Shown in pieces: positions 19,743 to 30,700 of a stretch of 64,000 nt of DNA (positions are counted from its first letter, which is position 1; each line of letters starts with the position of its first letter). The notes beneath the pieces were generated by a model, which was not told the DNA's origin, did not search any database, and worked only from the letters and a program-made list of their open reading frames with translations. The stretch is from a virus, in the IMG/VR virus record IMGVR_UViG_3300032285_001268, positions 64,001 through 128,000 of that record; one strand, written 5' to 3'. The position numbers and the translations under genes are program-made.

Positions 19743-21543
19743 ATGAGTTTGCTACTTTAATCATTTTGCCGTATTCTGGCAAGTATAGATATTCGATATC
19801 ACTCTTAGATAGTGTACTTACTGCATCGTACAATGTTTCAACTAGAGGATCACCACCTAGATTAAAGCTGGTATTAAACACGATAGGACAACCAGTCTTT
19901 TCTTCAAAGGTTTTGATTAGATCGTAGTAGTGTTTATTCTGTGTTGGATTAACTGTTTGAATACGGCAAGTTCCGTCAACGTGAATGATACTAGGAATCT
20001 TATCTTCAATTCCTGGCTGGCAGTTTACCGCATACATCATAGTAGGGCTGGATTTCATACCGCGTAAGTCAAACCATTCGTGTACACGTTCTTCTAGGAT
20101 AGATCCAGCGAACGGACGGAAATATTCACGACGTTTAACTTCGTTGACAAAATCTTTACCATCTTTAAAGCGTGGATCAAACAAGATTGTACGATTTCCC
20201 AATGCACGTGGGCCGTTTTCTGAACGTCCTTGGAACATGGCTACAATATTCTTGCTGGTGATTAGTTCTACAACATCTGCATGTGTAGCATCACTGACTT
20301 CACCACCAAACTCTGCGGCTGTTTGGGAGATTTCGTCATCTGTATAACAGTATGCTGGTCCAAGATATAGTGTGTCTACTTGTGGTCCTACTGTTTCGTC
20401 TTGTGTTAACGAACGATGGAACATCAGTGCCGCACCAATAGCAGTACCTGCATCGTTACTTACTGGCTCGACATACAATTCAATGCCGTCGTCTTTGAGT
20501 GCTTCTAAGTAGTGATAGTTAGCAACACAGTTTAAACCATAACCGCCACTTAGTACAACCTTGTTACGGCCTGTATCTTTAACTGCCTTGCGGATCAATT
20601 TAACCACTTGATCTTGTGTTTGTGTTTGGCAAGCATAGGCTAAATCTCTGCGATTCTGTAATTTAGTTAAATCACTACCTGTGAAGCCGCTAAGTTCTGG
20701 GTACATACCAGAGTTAACAATAGCACCGTTGGGATAATTTGGGATGATTACATTGCGATCCGAAGTTTGATATACTGCATTTTCATCATCTGTAAACAAC
20801 TTAGGAATATTATCATTAGGCTTACCGTACGGGAATAGCCCCATGGTCTTGCCTGCTTCGATACTGCTGAATCCGCAATATTCTGTTACAGCTTCATATA
20901 CCTTGGTAATACCTGCGCGATCTGTGATTAATACTTCATGTACACCATCTTCTCCGTAGAACGAACTACTCATAGCAGGATCATGCTGTGTTATTGTAGG
21001 TGTGCGTAGTCCAATGTGTTTGTAAACCGTTTTAAAGTTTGAAGGATAATCGCAAGTAATAACAGATTCAGTTTCCCAACCAATAGTTGCTTCGCCATTA
21101 GAGCTTAATGGAATAAATGTACCCGCACCGTCAACTACCACGCTGACTGCTGTGTCAAAACCTGAACGATAGAACGCACAGGCCGCATGTAGTTTGTGAT
21201 GGATATAACTTAGATCAACTACCTGTGGATGTTGATAGATATTTTCTGTTCTGCGGATAAGGCCAAGTTTACGTGCTAAACCTGTATAGACGTCATCGCT
21301 GGTAAAATCTACACGTCCGGCAGTATCTTTAAGACTTTGTGTATGTGCGATTACAAGATAATCTAGCCTATCTGTATATTCTAAAATTTTAACCATCGAA
21401 GCGTACGGACCGCCATCGTATTTGTGTCGGCTTAGACGCTCTTCTTCAATACTAAAAACGATTTCACCGTCTTTAAGTAAACATACGCCTGCATTGTGGC
21501 CGCGAGCAATAGCCGCTATCCAAACTGAATTATCTTTATTCAT
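19741..21543 (-). CDS. O-carbamoyltransferase (CmcH/NodU family)
   Basis: GHNAG.CL, EEERLSR.K, HH..HA, VVDGAG, GGYGLNCVAN, GPRALGNR, RE.FRPFA, HVDGTCR.QTV, NTSFN motifs all present. Confidence 0.92.
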   Translation of the reverse strand: MNKDNSVWIAAIARGHNAGVCLLKDGEIVFSIEEERLSRHKYDGGPYASMVKILEYTDRLDYLVIAHTQSLKDTAGRVDFTSDDVYTGLARKLGLIRRTENIYQHPQVVDLSYIHHKLHAACAFYRSGFDTAVSVVVDGAGTFIPLSSNGEATIGWETESVITCDYPSNFKTVYKHIGLRTPTITQHDPAMSSSFYGEDGVHEVLITDRAGITKVYEAVTEYCGFSSIEAGKTMGLFPYGKPNDNIPKLFTDDENAVYQTSDRNVIIPNYPNGAIVNSGMYPELSGFTGSDLTKLQNRRDLAYACQTQTQDQVVKLIRKAVKDTGRNKVVLSGGYGLNCVANYHYLEALKDDGIELYVEPVSNDAGTAIGAALMFHRSLTQDETVGPQVDTLYLGPAYCYTDDEISQTAAEFGGEVSDATHADVVELITSKNIVAMFQGRSENGPRALGNRTILFDPRFKDGKDFVNEVKRREYFRPFAGSILEERVHEWFDLRGMKSSPTMMYAVNCQPGIEDKIPSIIHVDGTCRIQTVNPTQNKHYYDLIKTFEEKTGCPIVFNTSFNLGGDPLVETLYDAVSTLSKSDIEYLYLPEYGKMIKVANS

Positions 21544-22649
21544 TACGCTTTTTCCTTTATTTGTCCTACTGGTAATTTATCTCTTACCACTTGTGGCATT
21601 TGTATTGGGCCACTTGATTGTTGTGTAAATTCAGGAGCAGGTGCTTGTACAGTCGGTGCTTGTGGTGCAACTAACTTTGGAGCAGGCCTTCCTTCTTGTT
21701 TTACATAAAACTTTTTAACCATTTTATCGACAGATTCTACAATTACATCTTCAATCTTATCGTTCATGGCCATGATACCATCATTATTTCTATCAGCAAC
21801 TTCGTCTGGGCAGATGCGTATTGGACTATACATTCTAACACCTTCGCCCATGTCTAGTACATCAAATTTTTCGTAGTCGGGGTATGAAATATTTTCTGGG
21901 AATGTAGATCCTGCAACAACTGTAGCAGTTCTATCTAGTGCGTAGGCAATATGTTGTCCCACTGAATCACAGCCTAAAAAGTGATCACAACTGGCAATAA
22001 GTCCAGCCCACTGGCGGATATGTATTTGATTTGGTTGCGCAACAGGATCTTTACAGCCTTCAGTTTCAAAATTAATTTGAAACTCTGCCATTAACATTAC
22101 GGCATAACCTTTTTGTTGTAGCTTTTTAACAATGCTAATGACATTCTTATATTCAAAGCTACGTCCTGACGAATCATATATTACACTGTCATTAACAGTT
22201 ACACCACGACCAAATGGTTGGAATACTACAACTTTGTCTTTGCCTGTACGTTGTTTAACATCAGCAATGGTTAACTGTCCTTGAACTAGTTCTTCTGTAC
22301 TAAGTTTGAGTTTAGGTCTTGGCAGTTCACGAACACCTTTTCCATTGATTTCGATATCAAATGCCTGGGATAAGTTGCATTTTTGATTATAATACTCCCA
22401 AACACGATATGGTTCTGGTGTTTTAACTTCTGTATTAACTAGCAAATCTCTAAAAATATTCTTATGCCAGTTGTCGTAAGTTTTGTTGTACAGTTTTGGA
22501 TGGCCTTTGTAAAAGTCTGTACCACCTTCACAAATAATTAAAAAATCCTCATCTGGATTTTCTTCGGCATATAGTTCAAGTGCCGGAATTGAGCAAATTA
22601 CGCGGCCTGCGCCGCCGTTAATAAAGAAGGCTGCTGGTCTTTTATTCAT
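21543..22649 (-). CDS. GT-B glycosyltransferase, GT9 (heptosyltransferase)-like
   Basis: GGAGRVICSIPAL N-terminal motif; LIA.CDHFLGCDSVGQHIAYAL C-terminal motif; TAATG coupling to the carbamoyltransferase. Confidence 0.7.
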   Translation of the reverse strand: MNKRPAAFFINGGAGRVICSIPALELYAEENPDEDFLIICEGGTDFYKGHPKLYNKTYDNWHKNIFRDLLVNTEVKTPEPYRVWEYYNQKCNLSQAFDIEINGKGVRELPRPKLKLSTEELVQGQLTIADVKQRTGKDKVVVFQPFGRGVTVNDSVIYDSSGRSFEYKNVISIVKKLQQKGYAVMLMAEFQINFETEGCKDPVAQPNQIHIRQWAGLIASCDHFLGCDSVGQHIAYALDRTATVVAGSTFPENISYPDYEKFDVLDMGEGVRMYSPIRICPDEVADRNNDGIMAMNDKIEDVIVESVDKMVKKFYVKQEGRPAPKLVAPQAPTVQAPAPEFTQQSSGPIQMPQVVRDKLPVGQIKEKA

Positions 22650-22685
22650 ATGATCCTTTTATCTACACAGTTAATGATTGTGAGA

Positions 22686-22693
22686 TATTTATA
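22686..22693 (-). promoter_or_regulatory. Late promoter TATAAATA for the GT / carbamoyltransferase operon
   Basis: Exact consensus just after the upstream terminator. Confidence 0.78.
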
Positions 22694-22713
22694 GTATACA
22701 GGATCTTGACCGA

Positions 22714-22742
22714 TAAAAAAAGGCCTATTGCTAGGCCTTTTT
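22714..22742 (-). terminator. Rho-independent terminator ending the giant-fibre operon
   Basis: AAAAAGGCCTA-GCAA-TAGGCCTTTTTTT on the minus strand. Confidence 0.85.
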
Positions 22743-22759
22743 GATTGATTTCACCAAAA

Positions 22760-23536
22760 TTACAAACGAGGATTTTTATCGCCAGGTGCTGGTGCTTTTG
22801 GCTGTGCATTAACTGCCGCTGGAGGTGCTGGAGGTGTACCATCATGCACTTCTGCAGGTGTAAATGCTTCTGCACGTGGATCATTTGGGAATGGAATCAT
22901 CCATGGATCTAAATGTCCGTGTGTATCAGGAATCGCTTCTAATTCTTTAATAACATCGTTGATTTTAGCAACTACTTCTTCGCTGTACTCGTTATATGGA
23001 TCAGCTAGATCACGCTTGTAACCTTCGATGATCATTAAACGAGCTGTTTCGTGTTGCTCGGCTGTAACGTGTGGCTCTTTCCATGGGAAAGGTTTATTCC
23101 ACTTTTGACCAGCGATATCGTAATTAACTTTAGCTACTTCATATGTATGATCTGGATATGTTGGATCAGGACGTACATAGTGTACAGTACCGTCATCCAA
23201 TGCATACTCTTTATCAGTATATGTATCTTCGTGTAGGTCAACAAAGAAACTAGCAACCACTGGTTCTGTCTTAGCATCAACTAGTACAGCGGTACTGTGT
23301 AGACCAGCTTTACTAACTGCAACTTGACGTGCAAACTCTGGATCACGAGGATCTACTTCTACATAGTGCATTGCTAGATTCAATGCGCCGGTGTTGTTAT
23401 CAACCAGCACCCAAATCTGTGCAGGACCTTCATAAATGCCTTTAGCCTTTAGCCCTTTAGTGGCTTGTTGAGAAAGGTATTCATCAGGCAAGTCGTATTC
23501 AAATTCAAATTTAATATTTGCCACTTTTATCTCCAA
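22760..23536 (-). CDS. Acidic protein, probable tail-fibre assembly chaperone-like
   Basis: Last gene of the fibre operon; C-terminal helix pair then DPWMIPFP.DP, resembling tail assembly chaperone ends. Confidence 0.5.
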   Translation of the reverse strand: MEIKVANIKFEFEYDLPDEYLSQQATKGLKAKGIYEGPAQIWVLVDNNTGALNLAMHYVEVDPRDPEFARQVAVSKAGLHSTAVLVDAKTEPVVASFFVDLHEDTYTDKEYALDDGTVHYVRPDPTYPDHTYEVAKVNYDIAGQKWNKPFPWKEPHVTAEQHETARLMIIEGYKRDLADPYNEYSEEVVAKINDVIKELEAIPDTHGHLDPWMIPFPNDPRAEAFTPAEVHDGTPPAPPAAVNAQPKAPAPGDKNPRL

Positions 23537-25003
23537 TTATCTGTAAGTGATTCTAATCATTCCAGGCATTCCTGGCTGTCCTTGCGCACAACTGCCGCCA
23601 ACAACATAATATGTTGATCCGCCTGTGCCAGGACTATACTGCGAGCTAACATACGCCCAACCTGCCATACTTACTGCGTTACAGTATGGTGTAGGATCGT
23701 AGCCGTTACCAGTTCTTCCTTGAACTACCCAACCACCGCATTGGTTAACTAAACCAGCTGGGAATGGTACAAATGTCTTATTCCAGCATACGTTGTCGCA
23801 ACAAACATGATAGTAACAACCTTTAACGCCTTGAATATTTATATCGCCGCCATATGCACAAGCATTAATCGGGGCAAATCCACTAATAGTTGTCGCTGCC
23901 GCTGTACTTGAACGGTCAACAGTCCAAACTGTAGGGCTTGTACAACCAATAATAGTTGTACCACCTGTTACGTTTGTACCAGTTAGTGTGTAGTTTAAGC
24001 CAAACGATCCAGATACTGTACCGCCTGCTGTAAATGTTGTTCCGCTGATTGTACCAGCAGATGCTGTTGCGGTTGCTGTTTGTGAACAACCTGGTGCGCA
24101 AGTACAGAATGAGAAACAGCATGCTGGGTAGCAGTAAGAGCATCCACCAAATCCGCCTTCAGCGCAGAAGTTGTTTACACAGTATGGGTTACCGTACTGT
24201 ATTGTATATAATGTATTGTTTGAGTTAGTTGCTGAAGCCGCATTACTCATTGTAGCCGCAAAACCATAGATCGGAGCAGGACCCCATGTAAAGTTTTGGT
24301 TAATACCCCAAATAGAACCTTGGCCAGAACCGCTAACGTTAGAACAAATGTAGGTATTATTTGAGAAACATGTACCGCCAGTTTGGAAAGTTTGCTGTGC
24401 CCAAATACACATACCAACAACTGGAGTTCCGCAAACGATTGGACCTACACAGAACTGGTTGCTACCTACGCAACCACAACTTGTGTAGAAGCTGTTGACT
24501 GCTGTAATTGTTGTACTTCCAGGAATACCTGTACCAGTGATAGTTGCACCAACCATACCTAGAGTACACATACATGTACCAAATGTTGTTGATGTATTAC
24601 ATGTTGTACCGCAAACGTTTAGGATTGGACCGCATACTACTGTAGTACAACCTCTTGAACCAGTTGTACCGCATGCGCAGTCTGTTGCGCCAGCTTGGCA
24701 TGTGATAAAGCAAGTGCAAGGAATAACTGTTAAGGTCTTTTTGCTGTATGCACCTGATGATCCTGGAGGACCGCCAGCGCAACAGCATGAGCCTGCACCG
24801 CCACCGCCACCGCCCCATAGTTCGATGGTTGCAACGCAATATTGTAGTGTTGGTGGAACTACCCAAGCACGGCAGCAAATCTCATGAACTGCCGCAAAAC
24901 AGCACTGCCAACAACCAGACCACATGAACCATTGACATCCATTTGGTAAGTTTTGGGCTGCCGCCTCTCCTGGTTGTGATAGTAAACTTCGTAAATTTGA
25001 CAT
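23537..25003 (-). CDS. Cys/Gly-rich fibre-tip-like protein 3 (488 aa), with two inserted modules
   Basis: W.VP...ELWGGGGGGAGSCC..GG.GAY..KT...FCAEGG...GMIRITYR scaffold; about 46 Cys by manual count. Confidence 0.75.
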   Translation of the reverse strand: MSNLRSLLSQPGEAAAQNLPNGCQWFMWSGCWQCCFAAVHEICCRAWVVPPTLQYCVATIELWGGGGGGAGSCCCAGGPPGSSGAYSKKTLTVIPCTCFITCQAGATDCACGTTGSRGCTTVVCGPILNVCGTTCNTSTTFGTCMCTLGMVGATITGTGIPGSTTITAVNSFYTSCGCVGSNQFCVGPIVCGTPVVGMCIWAQQTFQTGGTCFSNNTYICSNVSGSGQGSIWGINQNFTWGPAPIYGFAATMSNAASATNSNNTLYTIQYGNPYCVNNFCAEGGFGGCSYCYPACCFSFCTCAPGCSQTATATASAGTISGTTFTAGGTVSGSFGLNYTLTGTNVTGGTTIIGCTSPTVWTVDRSSTAAATTISGFAPINACAYGGDINIQGVKGCYYHVCCDNVCWNKTFVPFPAGLVNQCGGWVVQGRTGNGYDPTPYCNAVSMAGWAYVSSQYSPGTGGSTYYVVGGSCAQGQPGMPGMIRITYR

Positions 25004-25015
25004 TTCCTTCTTACC

Positions 25016-26047
25016 TTATCTATATGTTATTCTAATCATGCCTGGACCACCTGGGTATCCGTAACAGCAAGGGTTACCGCATGATGTTGCAGTCATACCG
25101 CCCTGTCCTGGTAAGAATCCAGTACGGTCTGTTGCTGTATCAATGGGGAATCCAATGTTTACTGTACAACGTGACCAGTCTTGTAAACAAGCATCGCCCT
25201 GTGTACGCTGTGGCATATATCCACCGCCGGTATTTACTAGGCCGCCTGGGAATGGTACATATTGGAACCAATAGCATGATGATCCGCAACCACACATAGT
25301 CCATAAGTAACCTGAACGTCCTGGAGCTCCGCAATCTGCACCGAAGAAACAAACACAACTTTGTTCGTTATAAGATCCCAAATAAATTGCACCGTAGTAG
25401 CAACATTGGCTAGCGAATGTCGGATAGTTACCCCAGAATGTGAAACAGCAACCAACACCGCCCATACCGCCTTCAGCACATAGGTTGCATAGTCCCTGTC
25501 CCTGTACCCATGTTGTACAACCAGTACAGCCACGTGGGTCGATACTACAACCAGCTGGATAAGCAACTGCCATACAGTAACAGCATCCTGGGCTTGTATA
25601 ACCCCAAACGTTGCCGCAATTACACAGTGAACCTGTGTTTTGTAAGTAACCGGTTTGATTTTGCTGAAGACCTGCGCCAGGTCGTCCTGCTGAGTTATCA
25701 GTACCAATACAGCATACTGCACCTGTACCTGCACAAACTTGTTGTGAAATTAATAATGTTTTAACCGCATAAGCACCAGAACCGCCTGGCATACCTTGCA
25801 TACAGCAACATCCGCCTGCGCCTGCGCCGCCACCACCGATTAATTCAAATGTTACACAGCAACGTGTGTCAGCTGGTACGCACCACTGTTGCATACAGTT
25901 GGCGTTATATGAGTTGTCAGGTGTATTTTGGCAGTGGTTCATAAAAATGAACGTACAGCCTTGAGGGACATATGGTGAGTTCGTAAAGCTCTGACTGCAT
26001 TGGAACTTCTGTCCTGGTTGATATAATAATGATCGTAATGTTGCCAT
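25016..26047 (-). CDS. Cys/Gly-rich fibre-tip-like protein 2 (343 aa)
   Basis: Same scaffold; about 38 Cys by manual count. Confidence 0.75.
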   Translation of the reverse strand: MATLRSLLYQPGQKFQCSQSFTNSPYVPQGCTFIFMNHCQNTPDNSYNANCMQQWCVPADTRCCVTFELIGGGGAGAGGCCCMQGMPGGSGAYAVKTLLISQQVCAGTGAVCCIGTDNSAGRPGAGLQQNQTGYLQNTGSLCNCGNVWGYTSPGCCYCMAVAYPAGCSIDPRGCTGCTTWVQGQGLCNLCAEGGMGGVGCCFTFWGNYPTFASQCCYYGAIYLGSYNEQSCVCFFGADCGAPGRSGYLWTMCGCGSSCYWFQYVPFPGGLVNTGGGYMPQRTQGDACLQDWSRCTVNIGFPIDTATDRTGFLPGQGGMTATSCGNPCCYGYPGGPGMIRITYR

Positions 26048-26060
26048 AGTTTTCTTCTTT

Positions 26061-26993
26061 TTATCTCACACAAACTGTATCGTAGGACATTGAAATTCTA
26101 ATCATGCCGCCAGCACCACCAGTACCGCAATAACAGTTACCTGCACATGCTACCGCTGTTGCACCGCCAACACCCGGAGTTCTAATGTTTGAGCCGCCAA
26201 TGATACCGTAGCCTACACGACAGCTATCCCATGAACCTGGCTGGTTTGCATCACATATACGTTCAGCAATATAAGTTTGACCAGCCGCTGTTTGCGATGG
26301 ACTTGTCATATGACTTGGCACAGCAAAAATATGCTTGTATTGACATGAGTTTTGGTTGCATGAGTCAGTGTACAAGAAGCTGTTGCATCCTGGTGCACCG
26401 TAGTCAGCACCAAAATAACATGCACACCATTGGCCTACAAAGCAACACATTGATCCTTGTGACCAACCTGCGTTACATTTACCAGTAAACAATGGGTTAC
26501 ATTGATACGGGAAAAATGGCCAGCAATATGAACATCCTGGTATTCCACCTTCTGCACAGAAATTACTTAGACCGTAACCTGTGATGTAGGTTGTACATCC
26601 TCTAAATCCACAGCCCATTGTTGGTGCGCAACATGTTGCGTATCCTGGGAATAGCTGATAACAGCATCCTGCTAGACCGCCCATTGTAGTTGCACAAACT
26701 GTTTTTCTTGCATAAGCTCCTGCGCCGCCGGGGATACCCCACGAACAGCAACACGAACCTGCACCACCACCACCGCCACCCCAGATTTCAAAAGTCAAGC
26801 GAGTCACGCCGGCAGGCACTACCCAACAACATAATGCATTTCTGCAATAGTTGTTGTCAAAACTGATGTTACACATGCCCACAAAGACTAACTCTGAACC
26901 TGTCTTCAGACGACTCAGAGGCTGAGTCCTGTTAGACATATCAGGTGTCGTATAATCTGCGTAAGCTGGTAACAGTGATCTAAGATTAGACAT
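26061..26993 (-). CDS. Cys/Gly-rich fibre-tip-like protein 1 (310 aa)
   Basis: Same scaffold; about 32 Cys by manual count. Confidence 0.75.
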   Translation of the reverse strand: MSNLRSLLPAYADYTTPDMSNRTQPLSRLKTGSELVFVGMCNISFDNNYCRNALCCWVVPAGVTRLTFEIWGGGGGGAGSCCCSWGIPGGAGAYARKTVCATTMGGLAGCCYQLFPGYATCCAPTMGCGFRGCTTYITGYGLSNFCAEGGIPGCSYCWPFFPYQCNPLFTGKCNAGWSQGSMCCFVGQWCACYFGADYGAPGCNSFLYTDSCNQNSCQYKHIFAVPSHMTSPSQTAAGQTYIAERICDANQPGSWDSCRVGYGIIGGSNIRTPGVGGATAVACAGNCYCGTGGAGGMIRISMSYDTVCVR

Positions 26994-27009
26994 TTATTTT
27001 TCCTACTGA

Positions 27010-27336
27010 TTAAGATCCTGCTATGATCCAGCCGCTGTAAGCGGTTACCCAGATTAATGTTATACTTGCAAAGCTAACGTTGATAGTTAGAGCTTCAGTC
27101 AAATTTTGAATTTTATTACCGTTGTTGTTAACTGTAATATTGTTTGTAAAAGCATTACCACCGACGTCGATGATTTGAATTGTATCACCGTCTATACCTG
27201 TTGAAGGTAGGGTGATAGTAAAAGCGCCGCCTGTGCTGTTTGCTAAAATTCTATCGTTGGCTACTGCTGTGTAAGTTGTACTAATTTGTCGTACTACTGC
27301 ACCAGCGGTACCAGTTGTTGTAATATATCGTCCCAT
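27010..27336 (-). CDS. Small beta-sandwich fibre-associated protein (108 aa)
   Basis: FTITLP...GD.IQIID..G...NNITV..NG..I motif typical of phage fibre modules. Confidence 0.65.
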   Translation of the reverse strand: MGRYITTTGTAGAVVRQISTTYTAVANDRILANSTGGAFTITLPSTGIDGDTIQIIDVGGNAFTNNITVNNNGNKIQNLTEALTINVSFASITLIWVTAYSGWIIAGS

Positions 27337-27359
27337 ATAAATTCCCCTAACAGTATTAT

Positions 27360-27686
27360 TTATGACGTTGAGGTCTCAATCCCATAGGCCACAGCATTTA
27401 CGTTTGTTGTGCTAGAGCGCACTAAAATGCTGTTTCCAGGACTTAAAACCAACCCTGTTCTTTCTAAAACACCCCTTGCTAGTATTTCTGTTTCATATTC
27501 AATAAATTCACCGTTAGCAATCGATGAAGTTGAAGCACAAATGCCCATTCTCACCGTGATTGATTGGTTGGATCTATTGACAATGTTCACAGAAGCTACT
27601 GTAAAAAATCCTGTAGGAGCCGTATAAAGTAGGGTGTCTGTTCCTGCTGAAACAATGTCTACCGCTCCTAGTCTTCCTGATGCCAT
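27360..27686 (-). CDS. Small ~110-aa beta-sandwich connector-like protein A
   Basis: Paralogous to 45989-46318 and 49532-49864. Confidence 0.65.
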   Translation of the reverse strand: MASGRLGAVDIVSAGTDTLLYTAPTGFFTVASVNIVNRSNQSITVRMGICASTSSIANGEFIEYETEILARGVLERTGLVLSPGNSILVRSSTTNVNAVAYGIETSTS

Positions 27687-27701
27687 ATTAATTCTCCGTT
27701 T

Positions 27702-30700
27702 TTATGATAGTAAGAAATTCATTGCTAGTGGGACGCCGTCAATTCCGCCTACAAAGTACATCTTATTGTTTACAGTAATCTGTACACCTGTAGTTGTAGA
27801 AATTGAGTTACCTGAAATGTATATTACGCCTGCTGTCAATGTATTTACGTTTAATGTGCTTCCGCCGCCACCAATTTGGCTACTAATGTAGGACTTGATT
27901 GCCTTCTGTGTAGGGACAATGTTGTCTGAGTTAGCAGTAAAATATGGATCTGTTGAAAACTGTGTGATAGTTGCGCTACCACTACCCACCGCTACTGAGC
28001 CTAACTGTAAGCTCTGTAGACCAGCTAAGTTGAATGCGTTAGCGTTCAATGTTGCAACACCTGTACTTTGTACAACTGTAAACAAGTTACCAACGTTGAA
28101 GTTACCGTCTTGGTCAGTGCTTGTAAAGAATGTACGTCCGCCGCCGAACGCAACAGTTTGTTTTGTTGAGTCAGCCGCGATAGCTGGGGTATTTGGATAA
28201 TTGGTGCTAACTTGGTTGCCTGTACCAACGTTCAAGAAGTCATGTCCAGTTAAACGAACCTGACTGTACTTCAACCTTAATGTTGCCGTCGCATTGTGCG
28301 CAGGTGCTGGTGTTGAGCCAGCCGCAGTAAACGATGGATTAATTTGGAACTGAGCAGTATATGGAGCAAGTCCGCTGCCGCCCGTTGGTAGAATATTTGT
28401 GATAGCTACTAGCTTGTAGTAGTTAGGATCGCCTGCAAATGTTATGTTACTACCAGGTGTTGGAGTTGTGTAAATTCCAGACACGTTGATGTAACTTCCT
28501 AACTGATACAAATCAGAGTAACCATTACCTGTTACTGATACGTTACTTACTGTTGCGTAGCTAGTACCTCTATTGGTAAATGTTGGATTAGCCAATACGC
28601 CAGTACCTCTACGTACAATAAAGTTTGTAGTAAATGTTGCACCAGGTGTTGCAGTACCGGTAGTTGTTGTTAAGGCAAATACTGGACTTGCGGCTGTAGC
28701 ATTAGCGTAAGTATCTGTAATTTGAATACTTGTAGAGCTGTTTACTTTGCCCACATAGTAGGTTGTACCAGTAGAGTAGCTACCAATACTACCGCCTGTG
28801 AATGTGCCAGTAACTACGATAGCCTGTCCAACATAGTAAGTACCTGCTGTTACAGTTAGTGTACCTACTAGATCAGCAATTACCACTGAAGCAATAATAC
28901 TTGTTGGCGATGTTGCGCTTTGGTTTGGATCAACTACAGATACTACTGGAGTTGTTGTATATCCGCTACCTGGCTCAACTATACGCCATTCAGTAATTAA
29001 ACCGCCGGCAATTTTTACACGACCTTGTGCAGTTGGACCAGTTACGATACTATTAGCAGTAGTGCTACCAGTTGTAAATGCTACCCATAGTGGGTTTCCG
29101 CCTGGGTTACCAAATACAGAGAATGGCCATGTGTTGCTTGTGGTCAATGTCTGTTTAGTCCATGTGATACCGTCTTCTGATGTTGCCGCAGTTGCAGTTT
29201 GACCAGCTGTTGAGTTCCATGAACCGCCCTGTGTGCTTAGTGTAGCCACAGGAACTAGTGTAGAACTTGTACTTAATGTTACTTGGTTGCTGTTGATGCT
29301 AGCAATGTAGTAGGTTGTACCTGATTGTAATCCGCCAAATACTGAACCAAATACTGAAGTCCAACTTGCGACTGATGTTGTCAATGCTAGTGGACTGCTA
29401 CCGTAAGCTGAACCAAGTGTTACTTGTCCGCTTGTTGGTATTGTTAGTACGTAGTAGGTTGCACCGCTAACTAGACCAGCTAAGTTGTATGCACCGCTAG
29501 TAGCATAAGCAGTAATTGTTGTACTTGCTGTCTGTACTGGAAGACCTGAAACTGTATAGCTTATAGCAGTTGTTGGAACACCTGATACGCTTTCTGTTGC
29601 TGGAACATAGGCGTTTGTTGGAGTGCCCGATGTTACTTGGTTCAATGCGTAGGTACCTTGAGCGCCAGCTGTGGTCAATGTAACTGCACCACTTAGCGCA
29701 CCAATTAAGTTTTTGCTGATAGTAATTATACTACCATTGATACCGGTAACTAGTGATCCACCTTGTATTACAGCACCAGTACCGTCACTGATAATCTGTC
29801 CAACTACTACTGATGCAATAGTACCAGTTGTAAATGTGCTCAATGTTATTGTATTAGTACCTGTTGTACCTGTACCAGTTGCGGCAGCCACAGTTGCTAC
29901 TGTACTTGTAGATTGTGTTACAATGTATGAACCGTATGTTACTGAACCACCATATAGGTATTCAGCATTAGCTAGACCAGTTGTACCTGATTGAGTAGTC
30001 AATGTTGGAACAACGCAAGCTGAAACGTTACCAGCAACAGGAGTTGTACCTGTACCGCCAGTGTTGTTGTATACTTGGATTGTAATTACAGTGTTACTTG
30101 TGATAGCTGTTACTGTTACTACACTTGGTGATCCACCAAATATTGCGCCAGTGCCACTGGTTGCTTGTATCCATGAACCAACTTGAACATAACGTAGGTC
30201 AAATGCTGAGCCACCTGTTAGTGTTGCTACCCACGGACTTGCCGATGTTCCAGCTCCACTAATTGCGCTAACTGCCACTGTACCACCGCCAGCTGTAATG
30301 TTGCTGAAAGTTGGAGTTGCAATTGAACCAAATGGTTGTGCTGTCATTGGTGCGTATAGTGCATATAAACCAGGACCGCTTACTGCCTGAACGTTTAAGG
30401 ATGCATTTAGGTTACCAACTAGCGGTGAGCTAATTGTCACTGTGCTTGCGCTTATGTTAATTGCTGTGATTGTAACGCCAGCAAGCAATCCGCTATTAGT
30501 ACCGTTGACTAAATGATTTCCTATTGATATTGAATTAATAGTACCTGTTGTAAAGCCACTTACTGTTAGTACGTTAGATCCTGTATAACCAAAGAATGTT
30601 GCAGTAGCAAGAATTGTGTTAGTATTAGTTGTTTGACCAACAATGTATGTTCCTACTGGAACAACTGCTGAAGCAGTTCCAGATAATTGTTGACCTGCTG

